From contig JBBEEC010000048.1 in assembly GCA_040880975.1 (NCBI GenBank), forward strand, positions 23,064 to 87,063: DNA of 64,000 nt, read 5' to 3'. Position 1 is the stretch's first letter. Every line of letters starts with the position of its first letter. Origin of the DNA: Bacteroidota bacterium (GTDB taxonomy: Bacteria > Bacteroidota > Ignavibacteria > UBA10030). The translations under genes and the position numbers were made by a program. Under the pieces are notes generated by a model, which saw only the letters and a list, made by a program, of their open reading frames with translations, did no database searches and was not told where the DNA came from. This document shows positions 44,590-54,268 of this stretch, piece after piece.

Positions 44590-46608
44590 TTATTCCTGTC
44601 GAACTTCGACTTCTTTTCCTGGGGACAACACAACCGTGAAGCTCTTTGCTCCCTGTTTTCCTGAAATGGTCCAGGTGTCTTTATCCCGTTTCGTCTTGAA
44701 ATCTATGCCTTTGGCGCCCGGCCCGCCCAGAGAGCATACGGTGATGATTTGATGTTCCGTTGAAGTCGGATTTTCCACTTCGACAAAAGGAAACACACCG
44801 ATTTTTTCCGGAAGATCGAGCTTGCTTACCTTTATTGTTGGGGTGCCGGAAGACAGAACTGTTGCCGCGAGGGATGCTCTGGGACGCCCGATGGAGAATC
44901 CTGATTTCCTTGCAGATCCCTTGCCTTTTCCGTCCTCATTGTAGATCTGGAACCTGGCCTGAACACTTCCGGGCTCTTTGAGTTTGACATCATCATGAAC
45001 GATCAAGACGTCCGGCTTGACGAATACCAGAGTCCGGCGCACGTGGTCCACCGACGGACTCACAAGCCGATAGGCCTCCGACGCATCACTTGTTGTCACC
45101 ATGTACCCTTCGTTGGATTTGTACTTGGTGATATGCGCTTCGGCCCAGGAAGAATTCGTCCCCTCTTTCCCGTCATGATACTGATGCCCTTTGCCGTTGA
45201 TGAGAATGGCCGAATGCGCCTCCGTTTTTCGCAACAGCCAATCCGGCTCGGTGTAGGAATAGGAGGCCTTGAACGGATCGTGGAACAGCCGTTCACCGCG
45301 GGTTTTCAGAATGATGCTGTTCCGGTCGGCATGCTCATGATTTGCCGGAAGCCCGCTTCTCATCGCCACCACCGTACTTGCTTCATCCCATCCCGTTCTC
45401 GACACCACCCAATCGATCGCAAACCGTGCGTCGTAGAGTTCGGGACCGGGTGTCTGGGGAGTCACCGCCGGATCAAACCACACGATGGAATAATGGCTGC
45501 TGATCTCACCAATCTGTGTGACCACAAATTGTGAGATCCGATCCTTGTGATTTCTTGCGACCCAGGCCGCAACCGAAGTATCGCCGACCAGGCTTGCATC
45601 GCCGAAATTGACACAATCGCGCGGCTTTCCGATCGTGGGCATGGACATTTGCAACCCGTATCGAACGGACCCCGGAAAATCGATGAGCGATCGAATGTCG
45701 GTTCCTTGTTTGCGGTGGAGCACTTCTGCGAATAAGGCAAGATGCAGGGCCGTATATCCCCAGTAACTGACGCCTTCCTCGTAGCTTCCGTCAGACCCGA
45801 ACATCGGTGCAAATGCGCGTGCGCTCTGGATGGCCAGATCTCTCCACCGATCCGCCTGCGGATGTTTTCCAGCAAGAAGGCATCCGGCAATTCCGAGACC
45901 GGCGATGGGAATGACCTTCAGATTTGTAGAATTGAGAATGATCGGCCAACGGCTCAAGTCAATGGTCCCGCGATAACGGTAGTCGCTGTTGATATCAAGG
46001 GTCCAGCCGCGCACGCGGTCCGGGTGAAGCATGCCCCAAAGTGTTCGATAGCAGGCGGGCGCCCCTTTCTCCCCTATTTGCCTTTCCATTTCCGAACGCA
46101 TTTCTGCCGAAAGCTCACTCCCCATCCAATCCAGGGCAAACGCCATGGCGATCGTTGCTTCGGGGGCTCGTTGTAGCCCGATCGTGAACTCGCCGCCCTC
46201 GTAGAAATAATCCCATTTGGGGTATGCCAATATTTTTTCGATCGCAAGCTTTGCAACTTCGAGTTGCTTCCGGTCACGGGAAATTACATAGGCGAAAGAC
46301 GTGCGTTCGAGAATGACCCTCGCCCGCGCCATGTCGTAGACATGACTTGTGAGTTTGAGTTCTTCGCGCAGAAATTTCATATCCGCATCCAGATCGGCGT
46401 CCGCAAGCGATCTCCAGTATGGAGCGAACCGCGGATGTTTCACCGTTTCGCGCATGCGGGGCAGGTCCGTTTCGTCGAAGAGCAGGCCGACGGAACCTTC
46501 GGGCGAATGGCGTAATCCGTGGCTCAGTGATTTCCATGACCCAAGCGAAAGCCCGGCCGCGACCAAGGCTGTGCGATTGAGAAAATCTCTGCGAGATTCG
46601 TTGCTCAT
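44590..46608 (-). CDS. Tat-exported heparinase II/III-like protein
   Basis: Start MSNESRRDFLNRTALVAAGLSL carries a twin-arginine motif (SRRDFL) and gives an ATGA overlap with the upstream gene. NHEHADRNS motif. The longest ORF (to 46737) is rejected. Confidence 0.6.
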   Translation of the reverse strand: MSNESRRDFLNRTALVAAGLSLGSWKSLSHGLRHSPEGSVGLLFDETDLPRMRETVKHPRFAPYWRSLADADLDADMKFLREELKLTSHVYDMARARVILERTSFAYVISRDRKQLEVAKLAIEKILAYPKWDYFYEGGEFTIGLQRAPEATIAMAFALDWMGSELSAEMRSEMERQIGEKGAPACYRTLWGMLHPDRVRGWTLDINSDYRYRGTIDLSRWPIILNSTNLKVIPIAGLGIAGCLLAGKHPQADRWRDLAIQSARAFAPMFGSDGSYEEGVSYWGYTALHLALFAEVLHRKQGTDIRSLIDFPGSVRYGLQMSMPTIGKPRDCVNFGDASLVGDTSVAAWVARNHKDRISQFVVTQIGEISSHYSIVWFDPAVTPQTPGPELYDARFAIDWVVSRTGWDEASTVVAMRSGLPANHEHADRNSIILKTRGERLFHDPFKASYSYTEPDWLLRKTEAHSAILINGKGHQYHDGKEGTNSSWAEAHITKYKSNEGYMVTTSDASEAYRLVSPSVDHVRRTLVFVKPDVLIVHDDVKLKEPGSVQARFQIYNEDGKGKGSARKSGFSIGRPRASLAATVLSSGTPTIKVSKLDLPEKIGVFPFVEVENPTSTEHQIITVCSLGGPGAKGIDFKTKRDKDTWTISGKQGAKSFTVVLSPGKEVEVRQE

Positions 46609-47618
46609 GATTGAAGGATCTCCTTCATGTCGATGACGCGGCGGGTGGAAATCGATTGCACCATGGCCTCGATCACCGCCAGGGCCCGGAGCCCTTCTCC
46701 GCCGCCGGTTTCCGGTTGTTTTGAATGCAAAATACACTCTCCAAATTCATTCATTTCTTCCCGATAACTGGCAAACCCTTCATTGGGAAAGTCCTCACTC
46801 ATCGCCGTCCGGAGGGCATCTCCCTCCAGAAGCTCCATTTTCAATCCGCTTACGTGACAATGCAGAATTCCCTTTGTGCCATAGATCCGCAGAAAATACT
46901 CATCCGGGGTGACGTACGATCCGGACAACGCGACGGGTACTCCCGATTCCAACTGGAGAATGGATGATGAAGAATCCCAGGCCCCGCCGGGCATGGCGGC
47001 ATTGTTTGCAACACACGCGACGCGTGCGACCGGCCCGAGCAGATAATCGATTGTATCGGCAAAATGGATCCCCAATTGCGTCATAGGGATGAGATTCGCA
47101 GCGTTCGCATCCGTTTTCCACGCGGGCAATCCGGCACGTATGCCCACCGGCCGTGACATATTCATATCGACGCCCGCGATCACCCCGATCCTGCCCTCTT
47201 CCAGTATTGCCTTTGCCCGCCGAAACAGGGGTCTGCGGCGCGTGTTGTGGCCGACCATGAGCAGTTTTCCCGCAGATCGTGCCTGCGCAATACTCTGGTG
47301 CGCTTCTGCAACAGTTCTCGTGATCGGCTTCTCGACAAACACGTGCTTTCCCGCACTGAACGCTGCGGCAATCTGCGCGGCATGGAGGTGATTCGGGGTA
47401 ACCAACGCGACGGCCTCGACATCTTTCTCCTTTAGTATCGCTTCGTAGGTATCGGCATGACGCACACTGAGGCCCTTCGTCGCCTTGCGGGCTTCTTCGC
47501 CTTCGATATCGAACACCGAAACAAGCTCGAGCGTCTCGGAATCACGTATGGCCTGAAGAATCGTGAGCCCATGATTCAAGATGCCGACTTGCGCAATGCG
47601 AATTTTTGTTTTTGCCAT
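46605..47618 (-). CDS. Gfo/Idh/MocA-family oxidoreductase
   Basis: IRIAQVGILNHG Rossmann start and VFVEKPI motif. Confidence 0.85.
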   Translation of the reverse strand: MAKTKIRIAQVGILNHGLTILQAIRDSETLELVSVFDIEGEEARKATKGLSVRHADTYEAILKEKDVEAVALVTPNHLHAAQIAAAFSAGKHVFVEKPITRTVAEAHQSIAQARSAGKLLMVGHNTRRRPLFRRAKAILEEGRIGVIAGVDMNMSRPVGIRAGLPAWKTDANAANLIPMTQLGIHFADTIDYLLGPVARVACVANNAAMPGGAWDSSSSILQLESGVPVALSGSYVTPDEYFLRIYGTKGILHCHVSGLKMELLEGDALRTAMSEDFPNEGFASYREEMNEFGECILHSKQPETGGGEGLRALAVIEAMVQSISTRRVIDMKEILQS

Positions 47619-47624
47619 CGAGGT

Positions 47625-49094
47625 TCAGGCCTTTGAGGTGCTTACTTTTGTTTGAAGCGTGCGGGACTTTGATTTCTTCGCCAAAAGATCCTGATAAATG
47701 GCCGTATAAACGTCGTCGCGGGGCACACATCCGGCTTCATACTGACCGAGCTCGTTGTTCTTCGCTCGCATGAGATTGGTGCAATAGCTTATTGCAAGGC
47801 AAACGCGCGATTGCTTCAAAGCTCCGTCCTTCATCGCGTCGCGGGCAAACTCCGGATATGCAATGGCCCCGCGCCCCGTGGCGACAATGGTCACCATTTT
47901 GTTCCGGATGTTTGCTTCCGCCGCCGCGAGCAGGAACTGTCTGAGCCAGCTATAGCCCGTTCCTACTACGGGCAAATCCGGAAAGGCCGCTTGAATTGCG
48001 CCGGTGATCCTGAAATGGCGTGCAACTCCGATGAGCGGGTGTTCAGGCGCGTAATAACCGTCTTCCGGGGTCCTCTCGAACGGTCTCCCGTAGTGCATAT
48101 TATAGTAGGGACTTCCGAGAGAGACGTTCACGAGGCCTACTCCGAATTCGCGTAGCAACCTGATCAGGGCTATTGGCTCTGTGAGATCCTCTTCCATCGG
48201 ATTATTCTTATTGATGCCGAAACTGTATTCGTACGGAATTGCAAATGGAATGACCCGGCCAACTCCTGTGATCGGATCTTTTGTAAACGGCACGCCGTCA
48301 TACGCGTTCATTCGGGATGCGAGCAAAGGCTCGCTTCCAACTTCATTCCGGATCTTCCCGAAGATATTCCGGACCATACGGGTTCTCCCCATGAAATCTC
48401 CTCCGTATTTTCCCGGCCGCGTTCGCGCCCCCAAAAGTTCATTCAACAAATACGTATGACATTGTTTAATGTCGACAAAGTCGAATCCGACCTTGAACGC
48501 ACGTTTTGCCGCCTCGGCGTAAGCGTCTTCAATTCCTTCCAGATCTGAATCTTTGAGAACGGGATAATCCTTTGGGATCTTGATCCCTTTGGCTTTGTCA
48601 AGGTACGTAAGCTCGTCGGCTTGAGGGTGATGGTAAGCAATGAGGGGTTTTTGGTAGCTATAGCGGCCCGAGTGCGTTAACTGGAGTCCGACCAGAAGAT
48701 CCTCATCCGACCCGTAGGCGCCACGATGGGCGCGACGCGTACGTTTCAACAATTCTTCAAAGACCGGCAAGTTGATTTCGTTGATAAGTAACTGGCGCGG
48801 ATTCGCCAGTCCCTCGGGAACTACAGCCGTTGCTTCTCCCCAGATCAATTTTGCTCCGCCGTCGCCGAACCGCTCCCATCGGCGAAATGTCAATTCACCA
48901 GGTTTTCCGTCAAGCGTTCCGTCACAGCCTTCCATCGGATGAATACCCAGAGAATTGCCGAGAACGCGGCCTCCCACCTTGACCTTTCGAAAGACCATCT
49001 CGGGTTTCTCCTCAAACGAGATATTCAGCCCCATGGAGTCCACGTCCTTGCGGAGGTCGGCCAGTGTTTTATATGCGAAGAACTTCTCGATCAT
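47625..49094 (-). CDS. Old-Yellow-Enzyme-like NADH:flavin oxidoreductase
   Basis: Motifs LQLTHSGR, GFDFVDIKQCHTYLLNELLG, R..KYGG. Confidence 0.75.
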   Translation of the reverse strand: MIEKFFAYKTLADLRKDVDSMGLNISFEEKPEMVFRKVKVGGRVLGNSLGIHPMEGCDGTLDGKPGELTFRRWERFGDGGAKLIWGEATAVVPEGLANPRQLLINEINLPVFEELLKRTRRAHRGAYGSDEDLLVGLQLTHSGRYSYQKPLIAYHHPQADELTYLDKAKGIKIPKDYPVLKDSDLEGIEDAYAEAAKRAFKVGFDFVDIKQCHTYLLNELLGARTRPGKYGGDFMGRTRMVRNIFGKIRNEVGSEPLLASRMNAYDGVPFTKDPITGVGRVIPFAIPYEYSFGINKNNPMEEDLTEPIALIRLLREFGVGLVNVSLGSPYYNMHYGRPFERTPEDGYYAPEHPLIGVARHFRITGAIQAAFPDLPVVGTGYSWLRQFLLAAAEANIRNKMVTIVATGRGAIAYPEFARDAMKDGALKQSRVCLAISYCTNLMRAKNNELGQYEAGCVPRDDVYTAIYQDLLAKKSKSRTLQTKVSTSKA

Positions 49095-51277
49095 GATGAG
49101 ACGTGGATCTCGATGCTGGTGTCGACGGTGGGGATCGGCAGGTCAATTGCCCCCAGCTTCAGGGGTTTTTGCTTGCCATCGATCAGGGCAAACTGATTCT
49201 TGTCGCTCACGACTTTTATGTCAATGTTTTTTCCGCGCAGCTTCACTGTCGCCTTGATTTCGTTTATCCCGGAAAGAAGACGCGGACGCAGGGTCAGCGT
49301 TCGCCGTGAAGGACGAACACCAAGCATATGGTGCACGAAGAGAGCAACAAATTCGGCCCATGTCCAGACGACAATTCCCACGGGGGGAAGCGGCGGCGTC
49401 GGGCGCTCGCCGTAAAATTCAAACCAAGCCCCTGCGTTGGCGCCCTGGCATCCGAGCAACCATTCGAGCGCCCGCCAGACCTTCTCATCGTTTCCGGCCT
49501 CGTAATAGGCCCTCGCGATAAAAAGGGTCGCAAACGGCCAGGGTCCCGGGGAATCAGGCTCCGATGTTACGTGATAGCGGCCGTATCCGCCGTATTTCCA
49601 GCGCTGGTTCCAGAGTTCCTCAACCGATTGCAGGGTTTTCGATGCCAGATCGCTGCGCGGATCGACAACACCATAGGCAATGGGGAGAACCACCGAGCTG
49701 TCGGGATCACAATACGAAACTGATTCGACGTTCAGCGGCATGCCCTCCGGCATGGATTTTCGATTCACAGGCTCCATGGTCCGCTGGACCTCTCCGTTTG
49801 CCAGACGACGCTTGATCAATCTCCCCTTGTCGACCAGAGAATACTTTCCGTGGCCGATATACGCCTTCCGCATTTTCTCCGAAGCCGCACGCCATTCCCG
49901 GGACTTACCGGAATCGTTCATGTGCAGGGCCATCTCCGCCGCCAGGTTAAGTCCCAGGATATTCCAGAACTGATAGGAGTTTTCATATCCCTCCCGTATT
50001 CCGAATCCCGGGTCACGTTCCCAGTATTCACGCGAATTCTTCAGAAGGCCGATCGCGGGGTCCCGGAATTCGGGCCTGAGGACGTAGTCGGCAACATTTT
50101 TTATCTTCGGCCACTGCGTATGCAGAATCGTGTCATCGCCGGACCACACCCAATGCATGTAAAGGGCATACAGCAATTCGCCGTTCTGGTCAAGTTCCAT
50201 TGTCTCCGGCGGCCGATGACGGCTTGCATCGACGGTCTTCCCGGTTTCATCAACGGATTGTGAGAGTATCCTGGAGAGCAAGGATCCCGACACATCGGTC
50301 AAACCCACCATCGCAGAACCGGCGGCAACCATGCTTTGATCGCGCACCCATTCGAGATTATACTGCCAGATGCTGCCGTCCATTTTGCCCGAGCGGGAAA
50401 CAGCGCTTCGGAGGCCGCTGGCTGAAACCCGGTACAAATGATCCAACCCTGCATGTCCGAAATTCACCGAGGTGACACCTTTCCAGTACTGGGCAGCCTC
50501 GCGTTTCAGAGAGTCCAATCCCCTGGATTCGAGAATATGCCGTTCTGTGTCAAGAGTGAGAACAAACGTGGCAGACTGTTCACCGCCGGGAGGAATCGAT
50601 CCCAACACCGCCGTCATGTGCCGGTCGCCGACATTGATGGGCTTCAGGCAAAAAAGGCGCAAGGTCTTGTAGCCTCTTGCCGTCAGGGTCCCATGGACCC
50701 TGTCAACATCGTACTCGTCAAAGTACATGAGATTCGGATACAGCAGCACGGTCAACCGAACATCAGAGGCCCCTGTCGCCGGCGCCTTGACGCTGACGGT
50801 CCTGACGACTGCGGCGTGACTGGGGGGAACAAAGTACTCCTCGCGAACGATGCAACCACCCGCGTTCCATTCAGCGACAACGGTCGGCACCCCATCGGGA
50901 TATTCCCATCGTACCGTTGAAGAGGTTGGGTCCGGGACATACGAAGCCGCCCCATGAGCCACGGTGCATCGGGAATTTTGAAGTCCGCGTTCGGGGTGGT
51001 ACAAATACGTGCTGATCTTTCGTCCGAAATGCTCCGGGGACATCACCATAAGTCCGCAATGCGTACCCGCGGCGGCATCTTTCGCCGTCTGCAGTGCGGC
51101 AAAGATCAATCCATTCCCGAGGAGAAAGTATTCGGTACCTGAGTTATTCGACTGATAATCCTGATGGAGAAGTTGGTCGTCGGGTCCGGCATCGGCATGA
51201 AGCCTGGCGGAGGGAAGCGATGACAGGACAGCTCCCGTTCCGAGGGTTTTGAGGAAATGCCTGCGTTCCAGTTTCAT
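49091..51277 (-). CDS. Tat-exported (alpha/alpha)6-toroid glycoside hydrolase-like protein (GH15-related by eye)
   Basis: Start MKLERRHFLKTLGTGAV carries a twin-arginine motif (RRHFLK). WVRDQS motif and W-rich helical C-terminal half. The longest ORF (to 51373) would overlap the upstream gene. Confidence 0.5.
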   Translation of the reverse strand: MKLERRHFLKTLGTGAVLSSLPSARLHADAGPDDQLLHQDYQSNNSGTEYFLLGNGLIFAALQTAKDAAAGTHCGLMVMSPEHFGRKISTYLYHPERGLQNSRCTVAHGAASYVPDPTSSTVRWEYPDGVPTVVAEWNAGGCIVREEYFVPPSHAAVVRTVSVKAPATGASDVRLTVLLYPNLMYFDEYDVDRVHGTLTARGYKTLRLFCLKPINVGDRHMTAVLGSIPPGGEQSATFVLTLDTERHILESRGLDSLKREAAQYWKGVTSVNFGHAGLDHLYRVSASGLRSAVSRSGKMDGSIWQYNLEWVRDQSMVAAGSAMVGLTDVSGSLLSRILSQSVDETGKTVDASRHRPPETMELDQNGELLYALYMHWVWSGDDTILHTQWPKIKNVADYVLRPEFRDPAIGLLKNSREYWERDPGFGIREGYENSYQFWNILGLNLAAEMALHMNDSGKSREWRAASEKMRKAYIGHGKYSLVDKGRLIKRRLANGEVQRTMEPVNRKSMPEGMPLNVESVSYCDPDSSVVLPIAYGVVDPRSDLASKTLQSVEELWNQRWKYGGYGRYHVTSEPDSPGPWPFATLFIARAYYEAGNDEKVWRALEWLLGCQGANAGAWFEFYGERPTPPLPPVGIVVWTWAEFVALFVHHMLGVRPSRRTLTLRPRLLSGINEIKATVKLRGKNIDIKVVSDKNQFALIDGKQKPLKLGAIDLPIPTVDTSIEIHVSS

Positions 51278-51293
51278 GGGAGGATCTTTCGGT

Positions 51294-52094
51294 TTATGGC
51301 TCGCGAAGATAGGATCGGAGAATATCCACGTTCTTTTTGGAATTCTCGATGAGGGGGAGGCAGTGGGTTTCAATCGTGACGTGGTTTACGATCTGATCGC
51401 GGACGATCGCCGCGATCTGGCCTTTCCAATCGATGGCGCCCTCTCCGACTGGAACACACTGAATGAGGGATCCCTTTCGCGTGTCTTTAACGTGGACATT
51501 GAAGATGACTCCCTTGACCGCCTCATATCCTTCGGGGTAGGGTAGTTCTGCGGTTCCATAGCCGTTGCAGGGATCCCAATTCGCACCCAGGTTCGGCATG
51601 CCGACCCTGCGTATAAGCGCTGCTGTATTGGAGCCGGAGTCGGCCCAGAATCCCGGCTCGTTTTCGATCGCAATCTTCACTCCGCCTTTTTGGGCAAGCT
51701 CGGATGCCTGACGCATATACTCGAGCCAGTCGTTCACGCGGCCTTCCGGTTCTCCGGCTTCACGCCGAAATCCGAAGACAATGATCAGCTTGGTGCCGAG
51801 TTGCCCCGCCATATCGATCGTACGCGGAAGGGTGTCTTTGAGTTCGGCAAGGATCTCGTTCTTCTTTGAAAGATGATGTTTAAAAATGCCGGGTGAGAGG
51901 GCAGAAATGGTCACTCCGCGGTTCGCGGCAAGGCCAAGGACTTCCCGGAATTCCTCTGGGTCCACCGCTGGCACTCTCCCTGATCGAAGCACTCTTAGTT
52001 CATAAATCGATAGGCCCCATTCCGTTCCATAACGGAGGGCCTCTTTGAAGTCGGGTGATATTTCATCGCTGACGATACCAAGGGCCAGGTTCAC
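51294..52094 (-). CDS. sugar phosphate isomerase/epimerase (xylose-isomerase-like TIM barrel, AP_endonuc_2)
   Basis: 266 aa. Motifs KIAIENEPG and NWDPCN. Confidence 0.8.
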   Translation of the reverse strand: MNLALGIVSDEISPDFKEALRYGTEWGLSIYELRVLRSGRVPAVDPEEFREVLGLAANRGVTISALSPGIFKHHLSKKNEILAELKDTLPRTIDMAGQLGTKLIIVFGFRREAGEPEGRVNDWLEYMRQASELAQKGGVKIAIENEPGFWADSGSNTAALIRRVGMPNLGANWDPCNGYGTAELPYPEGYEAVKGVIFNVHVKDTRKGSLIQCVPVGEGAIDWKGQIAAIVRDQIVNHVTIETHCLPLIENSKKNVDILRSYLREP

Positions 52095-52885
52095 GATTCG
52101 CGCTTCTTTCTGGGCTTTTTATGCCCAAGCAGGCGTGAAATGAGTTCCCCGTTCTCCGCCAGGATCCCAATAAGGCGGTTGGCATTCCGCTTATCCTTCT
52201 TATAGCGTTCTGAAGGAATGGCAGTCATCAGTGAGGCGACGACGCTGTTGTTGTGGTCAAAGATGGGAACCGCAATGGCGCAAAGGTCCTCTTTGTATTC
52301 TCCGTCCACAATGGAGAATCCATCTTTGCGGATCTGCGCGAACCTGCGTTTAAGCCTCGCGGCACTTGTAATAGTCGAATCCGTGAATTTGCGAAGCCCC
52401 TTGCGCTGAATAATGCCGTCCATCTCCCCGTCATCCAAACCTGCGGCAAGGACCAATCCCGTTGCGGTGCAATGAATCGGGGACCGATGTCCGAGACGGG
52501 TCACCATTTTCCAGACTTCCGGAGTGTCGACATGATCGATGATGATGACGTCGTCCTGATCCAGAATCGCAAGATAGAAGCTTTCGCGGGTCTGGTGTGC
52601 GAGTTTTTGGAGATGCGGGTGGGCAATGCTTTTGAGGTCAATACGGGAGAGCGCCGCGTGCCCCCACTCGAGGAGCTTCATCCCGAGGGAAAAGAGCTTC
52701 CTCTCGCGGTCTTCCACCACCACCGCGTGTTCCTGGAGGGTGTGCAGAATGCGAAACAGCGTGCTTTTAGGAACACGCAGTTCTTCTGCGAGCTGGGCGA
52801 GGGACCGGCCCTGCGGCGAAAGCGAAAGGATCTCCAGCAACCGGACAGTGCGATCGATCGCGGGGACGGTGTAATCGACTGGCAT
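52091..52885 (-). CDS. IclR-family transcriptional regulator
   Basis: N-terminal wHTH (IDRTVRLLEILS...LAQLAEELRVPKSTLFRILHTL) plus a C-terminal IclR effector domain of typical length. Confidence 0.9.
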   Translation of the reverse strand: MPVDYTVPAIDRTVRLLEILSLSPQGRSLAQLAEELRVPKSTLFRILHTLQEHAVVVEDRERKLFSLGMKLLEWGHAALSRIDLKSIAHPHLQKLAHQTRESFYLAILDQDDVIIIDHVDTPEVWKMVTRLGHRSPIHCTATGLVLAAGLDDGEMDGIIQRKGLRKFTDSTITSAARLKRRFAQIRKDGFSIVDGEYKEDLCAIAVPIFDHNNSVVASLMTAIPSERYKKDKRNANRLIGILAENGELISRLLGHKKPRKKRES

Positions 52886-52916
52886 GTCGTTTTGCTAATA
52901 GAATGGTGTTTAATTT

Positions 52917-52945
52917 AGTATAAAGCTAATCCGCTCCTTTGTCAA
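52917..52945 (-). promoter_or_regulatory. near-consensus sigma70 promoter (TTGACA-17 nt-TATACT) upstream of the IclR gene
   Basis: Minus strand reads GCTTGACAaaggagcggattagcttTATACTaaat. The -10 element lies 32 nt upstream of the IclR ATG. Confidence 0.55.
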
Positions 52946-52961
52946 GCGCTTTCCATGAAGA

Positions 52962-54266
52962 TCAAACGATCCCGGAACCAGACCCCGAACCCGACGGCCT
53001 CTCAGCAGACTTTTGTTCCCGATACCCGCTCGCACGGTAAACATCTATCGGATCGGCGGCTCCCCCGCCGGAAACTCTCGCCTTCCGCAGAATTGGCGAA
53101 ACATCCGTTCGGAATGATTCCTTTAATGTCCGATGGGCCATGAGCGGATCATTCTGTTGCTGGCAAGCCCTCAATTTCTTCCGATCGACAAGCAGCGCCT
53201 GCACATAGGCCCGCTGGATCTCTTCCGCAGAACAGATAAGTGATTCGATGGGATCGGTGATGTTGTGGCTCTGATCGATCATGTACGCCGGCCGGAATTC
53301 TCCTGCCGGTCCACCCGTCGAAGCACTGACCAACTCGTGGAATATCAGAAAAAGCTGAAACGGCTTGATGCTTCCCGCATCCAGATCGTCATCTCCATAC
53401 TTGCTGTCATTGAAATGAAATCCGCCGAGCTTCTTGACCTGAATGAGTCGAGAAACAATCATTTCAATGTTCGTGTTTGGCAGGTGATGTCCGAGATCAA
53501 CGAGACCAAGCGCTTGCGGACCCAGTTGCATTGTCGCGTGATAGACCGTTCCCCAATCATTGACGACTGTTGAGTAGAAGGCAGGCTCATACGGTTTGTA
53601 TTCGAGAAACAGCTTCCAGGAAGCAGGAAGGGTTGAATAGATCTCATGCGTGCTTTCGAGGTAACGTTCAAAACTTGCCCGAAAATCAGATTGCCCCGGA
53701 AGGTTGGCTCCATCGCCAATCCACACCGTGAGCGCCTCGGACCCCAGTTGTTTCCCAATTTCAATACACTCTTTGTTATGGGCGATGGCGTGCCGCCGCA
53801 CCGCGGGATCCGTGTGGGTCAGGCTTCCATACTTGTAACTCACCTTTTGGCCCGGCTGATCCTGAAACGTGTTGGAATTCATGGCATCAAATCCCAATCC
53901 CAACGAAGCAGCATACTCTTTCAGTTCGTGGGTATCGGACGGCTTGTCCCAGGGAATATGGAGAGACACGCGGGGAGTCACCCGAGTCAACTGCTGAATC
54001 GTCGCACAGTCCGCGAACTTTTCAAAAATGTTCCGCGGTTCGCCACCCCCCGCGAATCTTGCAAACCTGGTACCTCCGGTCCCCACGCCCCATGAGGGCA
54101 ACGCAACCTCAAAGGACACGGCCAGGCGAGTCACAGCGTCGATGTCAATCGATCTGCGCTCCAATTGACTCCGAAGGGCTTCATAGTCTTTTGCAAGAGA
54201 AGCAGCGCTTTCCTTGTTTTTTTCCTCCACGAGGGAAGATGGAATTTTGAATCCGAAATCGTTCAT
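52962..54266 (-). CDS. L-rhamnose isomerase-like sugar isomerase (Pseudomonas stutzeri / actinobacterial RhaI type TIM barrel)
   Basis: 434 aa. N-terminal ALPSWGVGTGGTRFARF pattern typical of this isomerase type, judged by eye. Confidence 0.65.
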   Translation of the reverse strand: MNDFGFKIPSSLVEEKNKESAASLAKDYEALRSQLERRSIDIDAVTRLAVSFEVALPSWGVGTGGTRFARFAGGGEPRNIFEKFADCATIQQLTRVTPRVSLHIPWDKPSDTHELKEYAASLGLGFDAMNSNTFQDQPGQKVSYKYGSLTHTDPAVRRHAIAHNKECIEIGKQLGSEALTVWIGDGANLPGQSDFRASFERYLESTHEIYSTLPASWKLFLEYKPYEPAFYSTVVNDWGTVYHATMQLGPQALGLVDLGHHLPNTNIEMIVSRLIQVKKLGGFHFNDSKYGDDDLDAGSIKPFQLFLIFHELVSASTGGPAGEFRPAYMIDQSHNITDPIESLICSAEEIQRAYVQALLVDRKKLRACQQQNDPLMAHRTLKESFRTDVSPILRKARVSGGGAADPIDVYRASGYREQKSAERPSGSGSGSGIV

Positions 54267-54268
54267 GA

